Of a DNA stretch of 64,000 nucleotides, positions 43,872 to 54,351 are shown one piece after another. Made by a program: the position numbers and the translations under genes. Under the pieces are notes generated by a model, which ran no database searches, had not been told where the DNA came from, and saw only the letters and a program-made list of their open reading frames with translations. Source of the DNA: an uncultured virus (IMG/VR IMGVR_UViG_3300031994_000070) (lineage: Duplodnaviria; Heunggongvirae; Uroviricota; Caudoviricetes); IMG/VR virus record IMGVR_UViG_3300031994_000070, one strand, 5' to 3'. The first letter of the stretch is position 1; each line of letters starts with the position of its first letter.

Positions 43872-44846
43872 TTATTTCATTAAATCTTCTTTAATCTCTG
43901 TATTGATTAAATAGATAAACTCAGCCTGAGTCGGGGTTGTATCTCCAATCTTCTTTCCTCTGCCGAGATATTTCTCAACAATAGCTGCAATTCTTGGACG
44001 ATAGTAAGCCTCATTTTTCATCATAAGGGGTGAGATTAAGTTATTAAATTCTTCAATTAATTCATCATAATTATAAGTCGGTTCTGAATTAATTGTTACA
44101 CGTTCATCAGTAACAAACTTACCTTGTGTTTCAGCTGCCTCCTTGTCAATTGCCGCATTTAATGCATCAACCAAATCCTGATAACTAAAATTAATTACCG
44201 GCTCGATGTACTTGAAACGACAACCAACGTCATATTCGCCATCTAATGAACGAAGAATCAATTTGCGTTCGTTGCCGATAATATCGGCGCATGCATAAAT
44301 ATCTGCCATTGCTTTCGCAATATCGTTAACAGATTTCTGTGCTGTTGGAACAACCTGGTTATACTCTGACCCATCTTTTCTCTTAAAGGACTTGTCCTGT
44401 GAGTGAGAGATGAATAATACGGCATAACCCATCATTGTTAAACTACGGAACGCATCTTCAAATTCCTTTTTATATTTTGCCCAGCCATTGACAGACCAAC
44501 CACCGTCGCCAAGGTTTTCAATGCCGAGCTGATTACAAATATATTTATCGCATAAAGCAGCCGCAATATCAATTGTATCAATAACCAGTGATTTAAATTC
44601 TGCCTGAACCTCAGGTTTCTTTAATTCACGCATAAGGGATTTAAATTCTCCCCAGCTATTAATATCAACCTTTTTAATACCGCCAAGAGCATTATAACCT
44701 TTTTCAAATGCAATAAGCAGTGATTTCGGCATCTGTGAGCCAAAAGTAGTTTTACCGACTTTTGGCACGCCATAAATATATGTAATATACCCACTTAAGT
44801 CACGACTAACTTTAGTCGGCTCTAGATGTAATAAATCAAATCCCAT
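43872..44846 (-). CDS. AAA_24 / Sak4-like ATPase (recombination)
   Basis: YGVPKVGKTT, AFEKG, VIDTID and FISH motifs. Confidence 0.8.
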   Translation of the reverse strand: MGFDLLHLEPTKVSRDLSGYITYIYGVPKVGKTTFGSQMPKSLLIAFEKGYNALGGIKKVDINSWGEFKSLMRELKKPEVQAEFKSLVIDTIDIAAALCDKYICNQLGIENLGDGGWSVNGWAKYKKEFEDAFRSLTMMGYAVLFISHSQDKSFKRKDGSEYNQVVPTAQKSVNDIAKAMADIYACADIIGNERKLILRSLDGEYDVGCRFKYIEPVINFSYQDLVDALNAAIDKEAAETQGKFVTDERVTINSEPTYNYDELIEEFNNLISPLMMKNEAYYRPRIAAIVEKYLGRGKKIGDTTPTQAEFIYLINTEIKEDLMK

Positions 44847-44866
44847 ACTACATTACCTCCTTTTAA

Positions 44867-45856
44867 TTAAAAATCAAATGTTTTGGCTTTAGCTGGTGCT
44901 TGAGTAGGAGTTTCAGGCATTGTAGGAGTTGTATTTACTGTTGGAGTTTCAAAACTTGTTCCTCCGCCTCTATTTGCCTTCCACTGTTCCCTATTTGCTT
45001 TAAGTTCAGCTAAATATACCTCACGGTCTGCAATCATCTGCTTTAATTCGTCAGCGGTAATTGTAGATTCGTCATCCCAATCATATGGGTCACTCTGTGC
45101 CCAAGTAATAACATAATCTTTACGACTATTCTTTACTTCTCTTACAGAAGGTTCTCCAAATGCACTTTCCTCTACAATCTGCCTTACAATTGTTTCAGAA
45201 ATTTCTTTACCCTGTACCCTTGTGAATACTGGATTACTAGATGATGCCTCTAAACCTTCAAAATAATCAATCGCATTAGGATTTAATACTGAAAGTTCAA
45301 CTGGTAACATTCTCTTTCTAAAATCATCAAAAATGCAACCTTTAATAATTCCTTTTTCCGGCAGATTTCTATCGGGGTCGGCTTCTTGACGTCTAACTCC
45401 AGTAATAACCATATCAACTTCAAACTTGTTACGACCATCTTCATCACTTGACCAAGGGCCAGTTGTATGAATAAATCCGCCCTCATTTCTTTTTACAGAA
45501 ACAAGTTCATCTGTACCAGACCTATCACTATAAAAATCATTAAGTGCAATTGAGGTGTCAACCCTTACTTTTACAGCCTTCTCGGCACCTCCACCCATTA
45601 CTGTATCAAAAGTACCATTAATTAAATTCGCTAATACAAGATATACAGGATTCTCTTTTTTCTTACTTGTAAGAGCTGTTACATACGGATAATAAATCTC
45701 TACGATGTTTGTGCAATCATCGTCCGTTGCTACCTGAATACTACCCTGAATATACTCTACTCCTGGTGTTTTTGCATTCGGACCAGAAGTCTTTAACTGT
45801 AAACTATGCTGATAAACTAATCCTTCGCAATGAAAATTATTCTTCGTCTTTTTCAT
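44867..45856 (-). CDS. Putative single-stranded DNA-binding protein
   Basis: Beta-rich body with a low-complexity tail ending FDF; adjacent to the Sak4-like gene. Confidence 0.5.
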   Translation of the reverse strand: MKKTKNNFHCEGLVYQHSLQLKTSGPNAKTPGVEYIQGSIQVATDDDCTNIVEIYYPYVTALTSKKKENPVYLVLANLINGTFDTVMGGGAEKAVKVRVDTSIALNDFYSDRSGTDELVSVKRNEGGFIHTTGPWSSDEDGRNKFEVDMVITGVRRQEADPDRNLPEKGIIKGCIFDDFRKRMLPVELSVLNPNAIDYFEGLEASSSNPVFTRVQGKEISETIVRQIVEESAFGEPSVREVKNSRKDYVITWAQSDPYDWDDESTITADELKQMIADREVYLAELKANREQWKANRGGGTSFETPTVNTTPTMPETPTQAPAKAKTFDF

Positions 45857-45921
45857 CTAATCTTTTTCTCCTTTAAAATCTTAATAAATTATACTTTTTT
45901 ATTTTTTAAAAATCCACTTAC

Positions 45922-46722
45922 TTAAAACAATAAATCTTTTGCATAGGGTAGTTGCATAGCAAATTTAATAAAGTTTGGCAATAAGGGGTCGTCCTGGCCA
46001 GACCATTCATTCAATTTATGGTTTTTCCTTTGTTCTACAATAGAACGGATATTTTCATAATTCATTGTAACGGTTCTGGTCTGAAGCCATGATTCTGGAA
46101 GTAAACGTATTAATTCTTTCCAATAGCGTTTATCTCCAGTTTGAATATATCTTTGACGCAATGTTTCGCAATTACTGATGGCATTAAGCCAAATATCATT
46201 AATTGTAGAATCTTCGCTCTGTGGCGCTCTGTCATACACTTTTAAATCACGATTGAAATCACCTATTTCAAAACAATCTATTGTAATAGGCTCACTTGCT
46301 AGTTTATGCATTGTAGAAGTTGAGTTAGCAACAGTTCCTACTTTATAGGTATCAAATTCTTTCCACCAATAAAGCGGAGCCGTAATATCAACTGTTACAA
46401 AAATTTGACGCATAAATTTGCGATGCTCAGTGCCACCTTGAATTAGATTCTGCATTAACTTCATATCCTTTGGGCCAATAGAAGTGTATAGGGCATTTTC
46501 GCCGTCGTTATATAAAATTATATCTAATAATGCCGAAACTTGTTCTTGGCCGGTCGGATAATCTCTTCCCCATTTTGATAAATGGGCGCGAGCTATTGCG
46601 GCAAAATCTTCTATAGAGCAAATGCCCGTTTCAGTATCAGATTTTTCCCAAGATTCTAATGGGTTGCGCATACCATGTATTGCGCCATCAAAATTATAAA
46701 CTATAATATTATCAAATTTCAT
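45922..46722 (-). CDS. ThyX-like (flavin-dependent thymidylate synthase fold), divergent
   Basis: HRKFMRQI.V..DITAP.YWWKEFDTYK..NS.STMH and RLLP....TRTVTMNY..R..HKL.EW. Confidence 0.6.
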   Translation of the reverse strand: MKFDNIIVYNFDGAIHGMRNPLESWEKSDTETGICSIEDFAAIARAHLSKWGRDYPTGQEQVSALLDIILYNDGENALYTSIGPKDMKLMQNLIQGGTEHRKFMRQIFVTVDITAPLYWWKEFDTYKVGTVANSTSTMHKLASEPITIDCFEIGDFNRDLKVYDRAPQSEDSTINDIWLNAISNCETLRQRYIQTGDKRYWKELIRLLPESWLQTRTVTMNYENIRSIVEQRKNHKLNEWSGQDDPLLPNFIKFAMQLPYAKDLLF

Positions 46723-46992
46723 TTATTCTTCATTACTTAATGTATAACCAACAAAACGCTTACCAAGATTATATTTCATGAATTCTTCCAGTTCATCAAT
46801 ATAGATATTGCCTTCAATATCAGAAAGGTCATCAGTATAATGAACTGCGTTTACTCTTGGTAAATCGTATGCTATACATTTATAGCCAATATTTTCAGGG
46901 TGAGCGCATACGATAGTGCCGCCCGTCTTAGCAGCTTCGCGAATTAATTGTTTTGTCTTGCCTGTGCTTTTCGCATTAATAATCTTAAACAT
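46723..46992 (-). CDS. Small P-loop-like hypothetical protein
   Basis: AKSTGKT and YIDE motifs. Confidence 0.55.
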   Translation of the reverse strand: MFKIINAKSTGKTKQLIREAAKTGGTIVCAHPENIGYKCIAYDLPRVNAVHYTDDLSDIEGNIYIDELEEFMKYNLGKRFVGYTLSNEE

Positions 46993-47007
46993 TAAGTATT
47001 TCCTTTC

Positions 47008-47976
47008 TTATTTCATACTATATCCATAAGTTTTGGCTTGATAAAAATCTTGCCAATACTGTTCTTGTTCATTAAGAATCTCTGGTGGACAATCTTCTAA
47101 CCATTCAAAAGTAAAATTTTCTATGCCATGTTTTTGCATAGCGGGATATAATTTATTCATTGGTGCTTTTTCCGCCCCCACCGCACATTTAATATGTGTT
47201 TGCCAACGCGCACTTCCATCACGTGCTTGTCCGACATAACACTTTCCATTAATTAAATTTGTAATTTTATAAATACCAGTTCGTTTTTCTTGCCCTAAAA
47301 CCCTACCAATTAGGTCAGATAAAGGGCGCTGATAATAAACTGAATAAATTACTTTATTTAATGGGCGCGGGTCACGAAGATACGGCGCAATAGATTTGAT
47401 TCGATTAATCTCTTCTATATCCGTATCAGATAAATGTAATTGATAAAACTTTTGTTGATTTTGTTTTTCAGCTTCTCGTTTATACGCTTCAACAGCCGCA
47501 TTAGACATTGAGCGCATTTTTGCTAAATTATCTTTATACTCTTGGATAGTAAGATTATAATTATCAACAAACTGATGTAAGGATGCCGATGTTTCATCAA
47601 GTATTTTTAAATACTCTGTTTGATAACTTTTAACATACCCATCATATTTACGTTTTAAATCAACGCATTTATTTTCATATTCTGTTTGTAATAATTCAAG
47701 CTGAAGTTTTTGATTTTTTTGTTGTTGTGCTTCGCTCTCTTGAAAATTACTATCTAATAATTCTTTTTCTAATTTTAATTGACTTAGTTGGCTTGTCCAT
47801 TCTTGATTCTGTTTCCATAACTCTTGGTTAAGAGCAGATAGTTGTTCATTATTATGTTGCAGTATTTGATTTTTTTCTTCTAATGACTCGTCTAAAGATT
47901 TAGTTCGCTTTAAATGTGGCCGTAAGATTAAATAAGTTATCAGAATACTGCATAATGACGCAACTATGATTCACAT
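47008..47976 (-). CDS. Membrane-anchored coiled-coil GIY-YIG nuclease, 322 aa (TGA=Trp at codon 2)
   Basis: ATG-TGA at 47976-47971, then a hydrophobic helix and an open Q/E/L-rich coiled coil running into the track ORF at 47517; GIYKITN..CYVGQ..RW..H. Confidence 0.75.
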
Positions 47977-47986
47977 AATCTGTACA

Positions 47987-48232
47987 TTAGACATCCAGTG
48001 CTAACCCCGCATCATTCAAAATTAAATATTTAACATTGATAAAGTTTCCATCTGGACCTTGAACCTGCATTGGCATTCTATATCCAAAATTTTTGGTACT
48101 AATTGCCATTGTAAATGCACCATCGATAGATTTTTTACTAATTCCTAAAGCAGATTCTAAATCAGCAGCTGTTAGCTTTTTATCTTTGTTATCTTGTAAA
48201 TATTTGATTATTCTCTTTGTGTTCTCTGTCAT
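47987..48232 (-). CDS. Winged-helix DNA-binding protein
   Basis: IIKYLQ..LTAADLESALGIS helix-turn-helix and KYLILNDAG wing. Confidence 0.65.
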   Translation of the reverse strand: MTENTKRIIKYLQDNKDKKLTAADLESALGISKKSIDGAFTMAISTKNFGYRMPMQVQGPDGNFINVKYLILNDAGLALDV

Positions 48233-48238
48233 AAAATT

Positions 48239-48430
48239 TTAATTCTCCCTTAAGATTTCTCGAACTCTGTTGTCAATTTCATCCATGTGGTGAAGTCCAA
48301 ATAAGCCATCTTCTACCATTAAACCTAAAATTTTATCCTCGGCTTCGTCGGGGGTAATTAGATTTTCCTGGGTTTGTTTTTCTATATTAGCAATGGCTTG
48401 TGCTAATTTCTCTATACGTTCTTTTTTCAT
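48239..48430 (-). CDS. Hypothetical protein
   Basis: 63 aa ORF. Confidence 0.6.
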   Translation of the reverse strand: MKKERIEKLAQAIANIEKQTQENLITPDEAEDKILGLMVEDGLFGLHHMDEIDNRVREILREN

Positions 48431-48455
48431 AATAAATTATACAATATTTTTATAT

Positions 48456-48492
48456 AAAAAAAAAGAGAAGAGTTTTATTAAACCCTTCTCTT
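48456..48492 (-). terminator. Terminator after the holin
   Basis: AAGAGAAG/CTTCTCTT stem with a T-tract on the - strand. Confidence 0.55.
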
Positions 48493-48502
48493 AATTGTAA
48501 AT

Positions 48503-48817
48503 TTATTTAGTGCTATCTAACTCGTTCTTATAAGTTTGGGCTTTGCAAGCATTCATTGTCATATTGTTGTTTTTCCACCATGCTCCCCAAAGCAGATAAG
48601 CTGAAGAAGCAATGCCTGAAATTCAAGCATAAAGCATATCTTCACTACAAGGAATTGGATTTTTACCGCTAATAGTTAAAATCCAGTTAACCAGTAGTAC
48701 GATATTAACCACTAAACGTGCGATGGCTTCGATTTGCATTTTCTTCTCAATATCTTGAGAAACATCAGCGTCATCAAAGGTTACTTCTTCCACACCTAAA
48801 ACCTGTTCCTGCTCCAT
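48503..48817 (-). CDS. SPP1-family holin, 104 aa (1 TGA=Trp)
   Basis: RLVV..LLVN.IL..SGKNPIP..LYA(TGA)ISG..WGAWWKNNNMT.NA.KAQ; TAA 48503-48505. Confidence 0.8.
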
Positions 48818-48850
48818 TAAACCTTCCTCCTTAAAATTTATATATAGTTT

Positions 48851-49450
48851 TTACAGCACACCCTCCGGTTTAAGGATTTCATCCACGATTCCGTATTCTA
48901 ATGCGTCTTGAGCGGTGAGCCAAAAATCATCATCATTATACTTATCATATGTTTCTTCATCAATAAGGGTATGTGATAATGTATACTGTTTTACTTCATT
49001 CTCTAACTTATCGTTGAATTTCATAAAACTCTTTGTTTGTGCCGCTGTACCATTAATAGTTAATGACCCAGCGTGCATCATAAAGATGGTAAAAGGATAA
49101 CAATCCTTATGTACATTGGGATTATTTTTCCCAGCAATTGCTAAATTAAATCCCATACTCAGTGCATAACCTAATATATGTATATATAAAGGCTTCTTAT
49201 AATTATCAATAATATTGCAAATATATAAACTTGGGAATACTCCGCCACCTTCTGAATTAATGTAAAGGTGAACCGGTTTATCGCTATCATCTTCATTGAA
49301 TTGTAATAACGGCATCCCAACAGTTTCAACAATATCAGTACTGCACTCATCATTAAAAATAATAGTGCGGTTTTCAAGATTTCTGAAATACTGATACCCA
49401 ATAATATTATTGTCATTTAAGCATTCGTCTAATAATGTTGATATGTCCAT
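48851..49450 (-). CDS. clpP: ClpP-family protease
   Basis: LYINSEGG, ALSMG (Ser), MMH (His) and DFWLTAQDALEYGIVDEI motifs. Confidence 0.9.
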   Translation of the reverse strand: MDISTLLDECLNDNNIIGYQYFRNLENRTIIFNDECSTDIVETVGMPLLQFNEDDSDKPVHLYINSEGGGVFPSLYICNIIDNYKKPLYIHILGYALSMGFNLAIAGKNNPNVHKDCYPFTIFMMHAGSLTINGTAAQTKSFMKFNDKLENEVKQYTLSHTLIDEETYDKYNDDDFWLTAQDALEYGIVDEILKPEGVL

Positions 49451-49534
49451 ACTGTGTATATCCTTTCTTGCCGTAGTTTATTTCACTATATAATAAAAAT
49501 TTAAGTTGTAAGATTTAATGGAAAAGTCCTCGTT

Positions 49535-51880
49535 CTAAATTTTGGATGTTGATACAATTGAGGTGCCTTTAATAAGGGTTGACCCCCTTGAAATTCGTGC
49601 ACCGGTCGGAACATCTGACCCAACAATACATAACGAACTTGTTGCACCTACAATTAAAATTGTATCGTCATCATTTATCATACCTGATGATACTATTTTT
49701 CCAGTTTTGCTATTTAAGTTATAACCTTTAACGCCAAGGCCACCACGATTTTGCAGATTATATTCTGATACGGCTGTCTTTTTACCATATCCGTTTTCAG
49801 TAAATAACGCAAGTAAATCAGCAGGGTCGCGCACTGCTTCACAACCAATAACTTCATCGCCCTCATTTAAACGGATACCAATAATACCCATTCCAACTCG
49901 TCCTATTGGAGAAATTGTGTTTGTGGCAATGTGTTCTACTTGTCCATTAGCGGTAATAATTAATACCTCTTCTTCGTCAATTAAAATTGTGCTGACTATT
50001 GTATCATTTGGTTTGATTTTAATCGCCACCATACCTTTTTTATTACGTCCAGACCTAATATATTCACTTAATTCGGTCTTCTTTAACATACCTTGTTTGG
50101 TAACGAATAAAATATATTTAGCCGTTGTGTGTTGGTGAATCGAATAAATAGTTTCTACTTCTTCATTTGCGCCAATATCCAACAACATTTTTAATGATAC
50201 GCCTTTAGAGGTGTTATTTCCTTCTGGAATATCTCCAACTATTAAACTGTACATTTTACCAGCATTTGTAAATACCATTAAAGTATCAGCGGTATTTGTT
50301 TTAATAGTTTCTGCGGTAATATCATCTTGAGTTTTTACACCTTTACCGTTTTTATTTTGTACCTTAAACGCAGTAGTAGGGATACGTTTTATTAATCCAC
50401 TGGCGGTTAAAATAACCATGCACTGTTCAGGCACGATAGCGGATTCTTCTTCCTCTTCTTCTTCTACTAAATCAATAACTTCAGTACGGCGTTCAAACCC
50501 ATATTTTTTAACGAAGTCGCCTAATCTTTCAATGAAAATAGACTTCTGCGTATCTTCATCTTCAATGATGGCTTCGCATTCTGCCATTTTAATTTTTAAA
50601 TTATTTGCCTCCTCTTCTAAATTATCTGCCTCTAAATGAGTTAATTTAGATAATTTCATATCAAGAATAGCTTTTGCCTGACGTTCTGTTAAAGAGTAGT
50701 CATTTATTAATTGCATTTTGGCGTCTTCAGTATTTGCGGCGCCTTTAATCAATGCAATAACGGCATCAATATTATTTAATGCAATTAATAAACCTTCAAC
50801 AATTTCTAATCGCTGGCCTGCTTGATTATAATCATACTGATATTCTTTATGGATACAACTAACATTATGATTAATATAAGCATTAATATACTGGTCAAGA
50901 TTTAATAGTTCGGGAACTTTAGTAATCATTGCATACTGATTTGCATTATAGATTTTTTGTAAATCAGTGAGTTTAAATAATTTATTTAAGATTTTTTTCG
51001 GTGTATCGCTACACTGAATTTCTATTAATAAAGTATTTTTATCACTTTTATTTAATACATCAGTAATGCCAGTAATTTTTTCATCTTCAATAAGTTTCTT
51101 AATATCTTTTAAAAGCGGCTCAATATATACTTGATAAGGTAATTCTGTAATTAGAATATTATTCCCATCAATTTCTGTTTTTGCCCTTAAAACACAACGG
51201 CCTCTACCCGTTTCATAAATGGTATGAAGTTCTGACTTATTGATAATGACTCCACCGGACGGAAAGTCTGGGTATATATTATCATATGTAATACGTCCAC
51301 GAACTATATATCTTTTAACTTTTTCAAAAAATTCATTTAAATTCCCGCATAACCAATTTTGTGCGATGGTCATACCAATTCCCTGAGACCCATTAACAAA
51401 TAATCTTGGGAAAATTGCGGGAAATACCTCTGGCCATTCGGCATCTTCAGAAAAATTTAGAATCATATTAACAACATTCTTGTTAATATTTCCAAAGAAT
51501 CCATCTTCACTCGCTTTTGATAAACGTGCTTCAGTATATCGTGCGCTTGCTGGTTCTGGGCCAGCTTTCTGTGACCCATTTGCGCCGTGCCAATCAACCT
51601 CTGGAATATTATTAATCCATGGTTGTGACATACGAGCAAATGTATCATAAATAGCGGTATCGCCATGCGGCCAAAGTTCTCCAATAACCGCTCCAGAAAT
51701 CTTTGCAGATTTTACATGCGGTTTATTGGAAGTATAACCTTTTGAATACATTTCCCAAAGACAAGCGCGCTGGCCAGGTTTTAAACCATCGAGCGCACTG
51801 GGGAAAGCTCGCTGACTATTTGCTTCATAACTGAAGTCTAAAAAGTTTTGATGAACTTCTTTACATACATCTATTGGCAT
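49535..51880 (-). CDS. gyrA: DNA gyrase / topoisomerase IV subunit A with C-terminal pinwheel repeats
   Basis: DGLKPGQR, KSAKISG, PHGD, ARYTEARL, PDFPSGG; GyrA-box-like QNKNGKG. Confidence 0.93.
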   Translation of the reverse strand: MPIDVCKEVHQNFLDFSYEANSQRAFPSALDGLKPGQRACLWEMYSKGYTSNKPHVKSAKISGAVIGELWPHGDTAIYDTFARMSQPWINNIPEVDWHGANGSQKAGPEPASARYTEARLSKASEDGFFGNINKNVVNMILNFSEDAEWPEVFPAIFPRLFVNGSQGIGMTIAQNWLCGNLNEFFEKVKRYIVRGRITYDNIYPDFPSGGVIINKSELHTIYETGRGRCVLRAKTEIDGNNILITELPYQVYIEPLLKDIKKLIEDEKITGITDVLNKSDKNTLLIEIQCSDTPKKILNKLFKLTDLQKIYNANQYAMITKVPELLNLDQYINAYINHNVSCIHKEYQYDYNQAGQRLEIVEGLLIALNNIDAVIALIKGAANTEDAKMQLINDYSLTERQAKAILDMKLSKLTHLEADNLEEEANNLKIKMAECEAIIEDEDTQKSIFIERLGDFVKKYGFERRTEVIDLVEEEEEEESAIVPEQCMVILTASGLIKRIPTTAFKVQNKNGKGVKTQDDITAETIKTNTADTLMVFTNAGKMYSLIVGDIPEGNNTSKGVSLKMLLDIGANEEVETIYSIHQHTTAKYILFVTKQGMLKKTELSEYIRSGRNKKGMVAIKIKPNDTIVSTILIDEEEVLIITANGQVEHIATNTISPIGRVGMGIIGIRLNEGDEVIGCEAVRDPADLLALFTENGYGKKTAVSEYNLQNRGGLGVKGYNLNSKTGKIVSSGMINDDDTILIVGATSSLCIVGSDVPTGARISRGSTLIKGTSIVSTSKI

Positions 51881-53787
51881 TATACATTCGCTCCTTCCCC
51901 ATATTTTAATAAGTAATCTCTTCGGGGTTCAACATCGTTGCCCATAATAATCTCTAAAAATGCGTCTGTGTTTTCGAAATCTGAAACATATAACAGTTCT
52001 ACATTTCGTGTCGCAGGGTCAAGTAAATATTCACTTAACTCTTCTGGACTTGACTCACCAAGTCCTTTCATACGACTTACGATATATTTATCATTTGGAT
52101 GTTGCTCTTTATATTCATCTAAAGCCTTGCCATCTTTTAAATAAATATATTCATTCTTTTTAGTGGTAATTCTAAATAATGGCGGAACCGCCTTTGCAAT
52201 ATGTCCATAAGTAAATAGCTCAGGGCATAACCACCAAAAGCAAGTAATTAAAAGATTGATAATAGACTGACCATCGGCATCAGCATCCGCCGCAAATATA
52301 ATCTTTCCATACCGCAATTTCTTTTGGTCATAAATTAATCCGCCATGCTCTTTATCTATATCCAATCCAAGAGCCTTAACGATATTTGCCACTTCTTGAT
52401 TGCCGTACACTTTTTCGGGGGTGGCTTTACGAGCCGAAATAATCTTACCACGAATAGGGAAGATTGCTTGAGTTTTTCCATCACGTGCTTCAATTAATCC
52501 GTTCGCCGCACTATCGCCCTCACAAATTATAAGTTCGCAATCTGCACGACTTTTTGACCACGCATCAACTAATTTAGTCGGTAAATTGATGAATTTCGGT
52601 TTACCTTTAGTTTCTAAATTACGAGCATTGTCCCTTGCCTTTTTAGCAGCTTCTCTTGCGCGTCTTGCAGCCAATGCTTTATCGGCAATTATCTTAACAT
52701 CTTTCTCATTTAATTCTAACCAATGGTCTAAATCTATTGAGAAATCTGCTAAAATATCAACCATATTTAAATTAACGACAGTAGTTTTAACCTGCGCGTC
52801 ATATTTTACATTGGGCACGGTTAAGTTAAAAACAATATACATACCTTCCTGAATATCATCTCCAGATAGGTTTTCTTCTTTTTCTTTTAACCAACCTTTT
52901 TCCCTAAAGAATTTATTAAACTGTCGTGTTAAAGTTGATTTAATACTTGTGATATGGGGTCCACGGTCAGTTAAACCAGTGTTTACATATGCGATAATAT
53001 CACTTGAATACTTTGAAGTATAAGTTAAGATAAAATCAAGTTTTTCTTTATCCTTTGCGATATTAATTTCACAACGACGTTTGATTATTTCATCTTTACC
53101 AACGGCTTCGTCCACTAAATCACTTAATCCATTTGCCGAAAAATATACGGTATTCTCACCATCAAGAGTAAAATCGATAGTTAACCCCGGACATAAAGAT
53201 ACTAATGTCTTAAACAGATTAGTGATTTTAGGAATTTCAACTTGCGTATGGTCAAAAAACTCTTCAGACGGCTGCCATTCTACATATGTGCCCGTAGGCT
53301 CATTAGAATCTTCAACTTTACGACTATCAAATACACCTTCGGTAAAATGAATTGCTTCTGTTTTTCCATCTCGCCAACTCTGCACATCTAAATAATGTGA
53401 GAGGAAGTTAGAAATTTTAGAACCAATACCAAAAGCGCCTAATGAAGTTCCTTCATAAACGCCATCGGCATTATACTTACCACTGGTATTTAATACACTA
53501 AATGAAGCTTCTAATATAGTCTTACCATCATCGCGTACTTCATTAATTAAAAAACCTTGTCCATAATCACGCACACTAACAACATCGTTGTTAATCACAA
53601 TTTCAATTTTATCTCCGTGCCCTAAACGAAATTCGTCTATTGCGTTTGATAAAATTTCTACCAAGAGCTGCGTTGAATAGGTTGTATCACCACAATATAC
53701 TCCAGGTGAATGTCGCGTAAATTCTAATGGCGTTAAGGTTTCAATTGAATCTTTACTATATGTATTTTTATTCTTCGCTTTCGCCAA
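51880..53787 (-). CDS. gyrB: DNA gyrase / topoisomerase IV subunit B
   Basis: EILSNAIDE, DYGQG, EGDSA, PIRGK, DADADG and KGLGE motifs. Confidence 0.93.
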   Translation of the reverse strand: MAKAKNKNTYSKDSIETLTPLEFTRHSPGVYCGDTTYSTQLLVEILSNAIDEFRLGHGDKIEIVINNDVVSVRDYGQGFLINEVRDDGKTILEASFSVLNTSGKYNADGVYEGTSLGAFGIGSKISNFLSHYLDVQSWRDGKTEAIHFTEGVFDSRKVEDSNEPTGTYVEWQPSEEFFDHTQVEIPKITNLFKTLVSLCPGLTIDFTLDGENTVYFSANGLSDLVDEAVGKDEIIKRRCEINIAKDKEKLDFILTYTSKYSSDIIAYVNTGLTDRGPHITSIKSTLTRQFNKFFREKGWLKEKEENLSGDDIQEGMYIVFNLTVPNVKYDAQVKTTVVNLNMVDILADFSIDLDHWLELNEKDVKIIADKALAARRAREAAKKARDNARNLETKGKPKFINLPTKLVDAWSKSRADCELIICEGDSAANGLIEARDGKTQAIFPIRGKIISARKATPEKVYGNQEVANIVKALGLDIDKEHGGLIYDQKKLRYGKIIFAADADADGQSIINLLITCFWWLCPELFTYGHIAKAVPPLFRITTKKNEYIYLKDGKALDEYKEQHPNDKYIVSRMKGLGESSPEELSEYLLDPATRNVELLYVSDFENTDAFLEIIMGNDVEPRRDYLLKYGEGANV

Positions 53788-54259
53788 TCAACGCATCCCC
53801 TTTCCATAAGATGGCTTCGGGTTTAATTTCACCCGTTGCCAATTTATCTGCTAATTCATTATATTTATCGCCGTTATGTCCTTTGACTTTATAAAACTCT
53901 ACTTTTGGTTTCTTAATAATCATAAAATCATAAATAGTTTTTATAATATCATAGTTTTCAATTCTTCGGCAAGCCGTATTTTTCCAGTCATTCTTCGCCC
54001 AAGTATACATCCAAGTGCAAATAGAATTAAGGGCATAATATGAATCACTATAAATTGATAATTCTTCATTTGGATACTTTTTAAGTACCGCCCATATGCC
54101 TAGTAATTCTTGTGCATTATTAGTTGTATTTTTTATTCGTGGACTAGAAAACGCATCAATAATATGGTCATGCTCATCGACGATTACATATCCAAAACCG
54201 CCAACATTTCCAGCTAACCTATTATGTACTGCGCTACCGTCTGTATATGCTTTTAACAT
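53768..54259 (-). CDS. rnhA: Ribonuclease HI
   Basis: YTDGS, TNNAQEL, YSDSYY and VKGH..NELADKLA motifs. Confidence 0.92.
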   Translation of the reverse strand: MLKAYTDGSAVHNRLAGNVGGFGYVIVDEHDHIIDAFSSPRIKNTTNNAQELLGIWAVLKKYPNEELSIYSDSYYALNSICTWMYTWAKNDWKNTACRRIENYDIIKTIYDFMIIKKPKVEFYKVKGHNGDKYNELADKLATGEIKPEAILWKGDALIGESEE

Positions 54260-54303
54260 AAAAAAATACCCTTCACATTTAATTTTATTCTTTTCTATAG
54301 TAT

Positions 54304-54332
54304 ATTATACTATATTTTATAAATAAAATCAA
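54304..54332 (-). promoter_or_regulatory. SigA-type promoter
   Basis: TTGATT-17-TATAAT. Confidence 0.55.
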
Positions 54333-54351
54333 ATATAAAGGGTTCTACGCC

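Noticed and set aside
47008..47517. Free-standing GIY-YIG homing endonuclease (mobile element)
   Set aside because: The nuclease domain is C-terminal to a TM helix and coiled coil, unlike homing GIY-YIG enzymes, and no intron context is visible.
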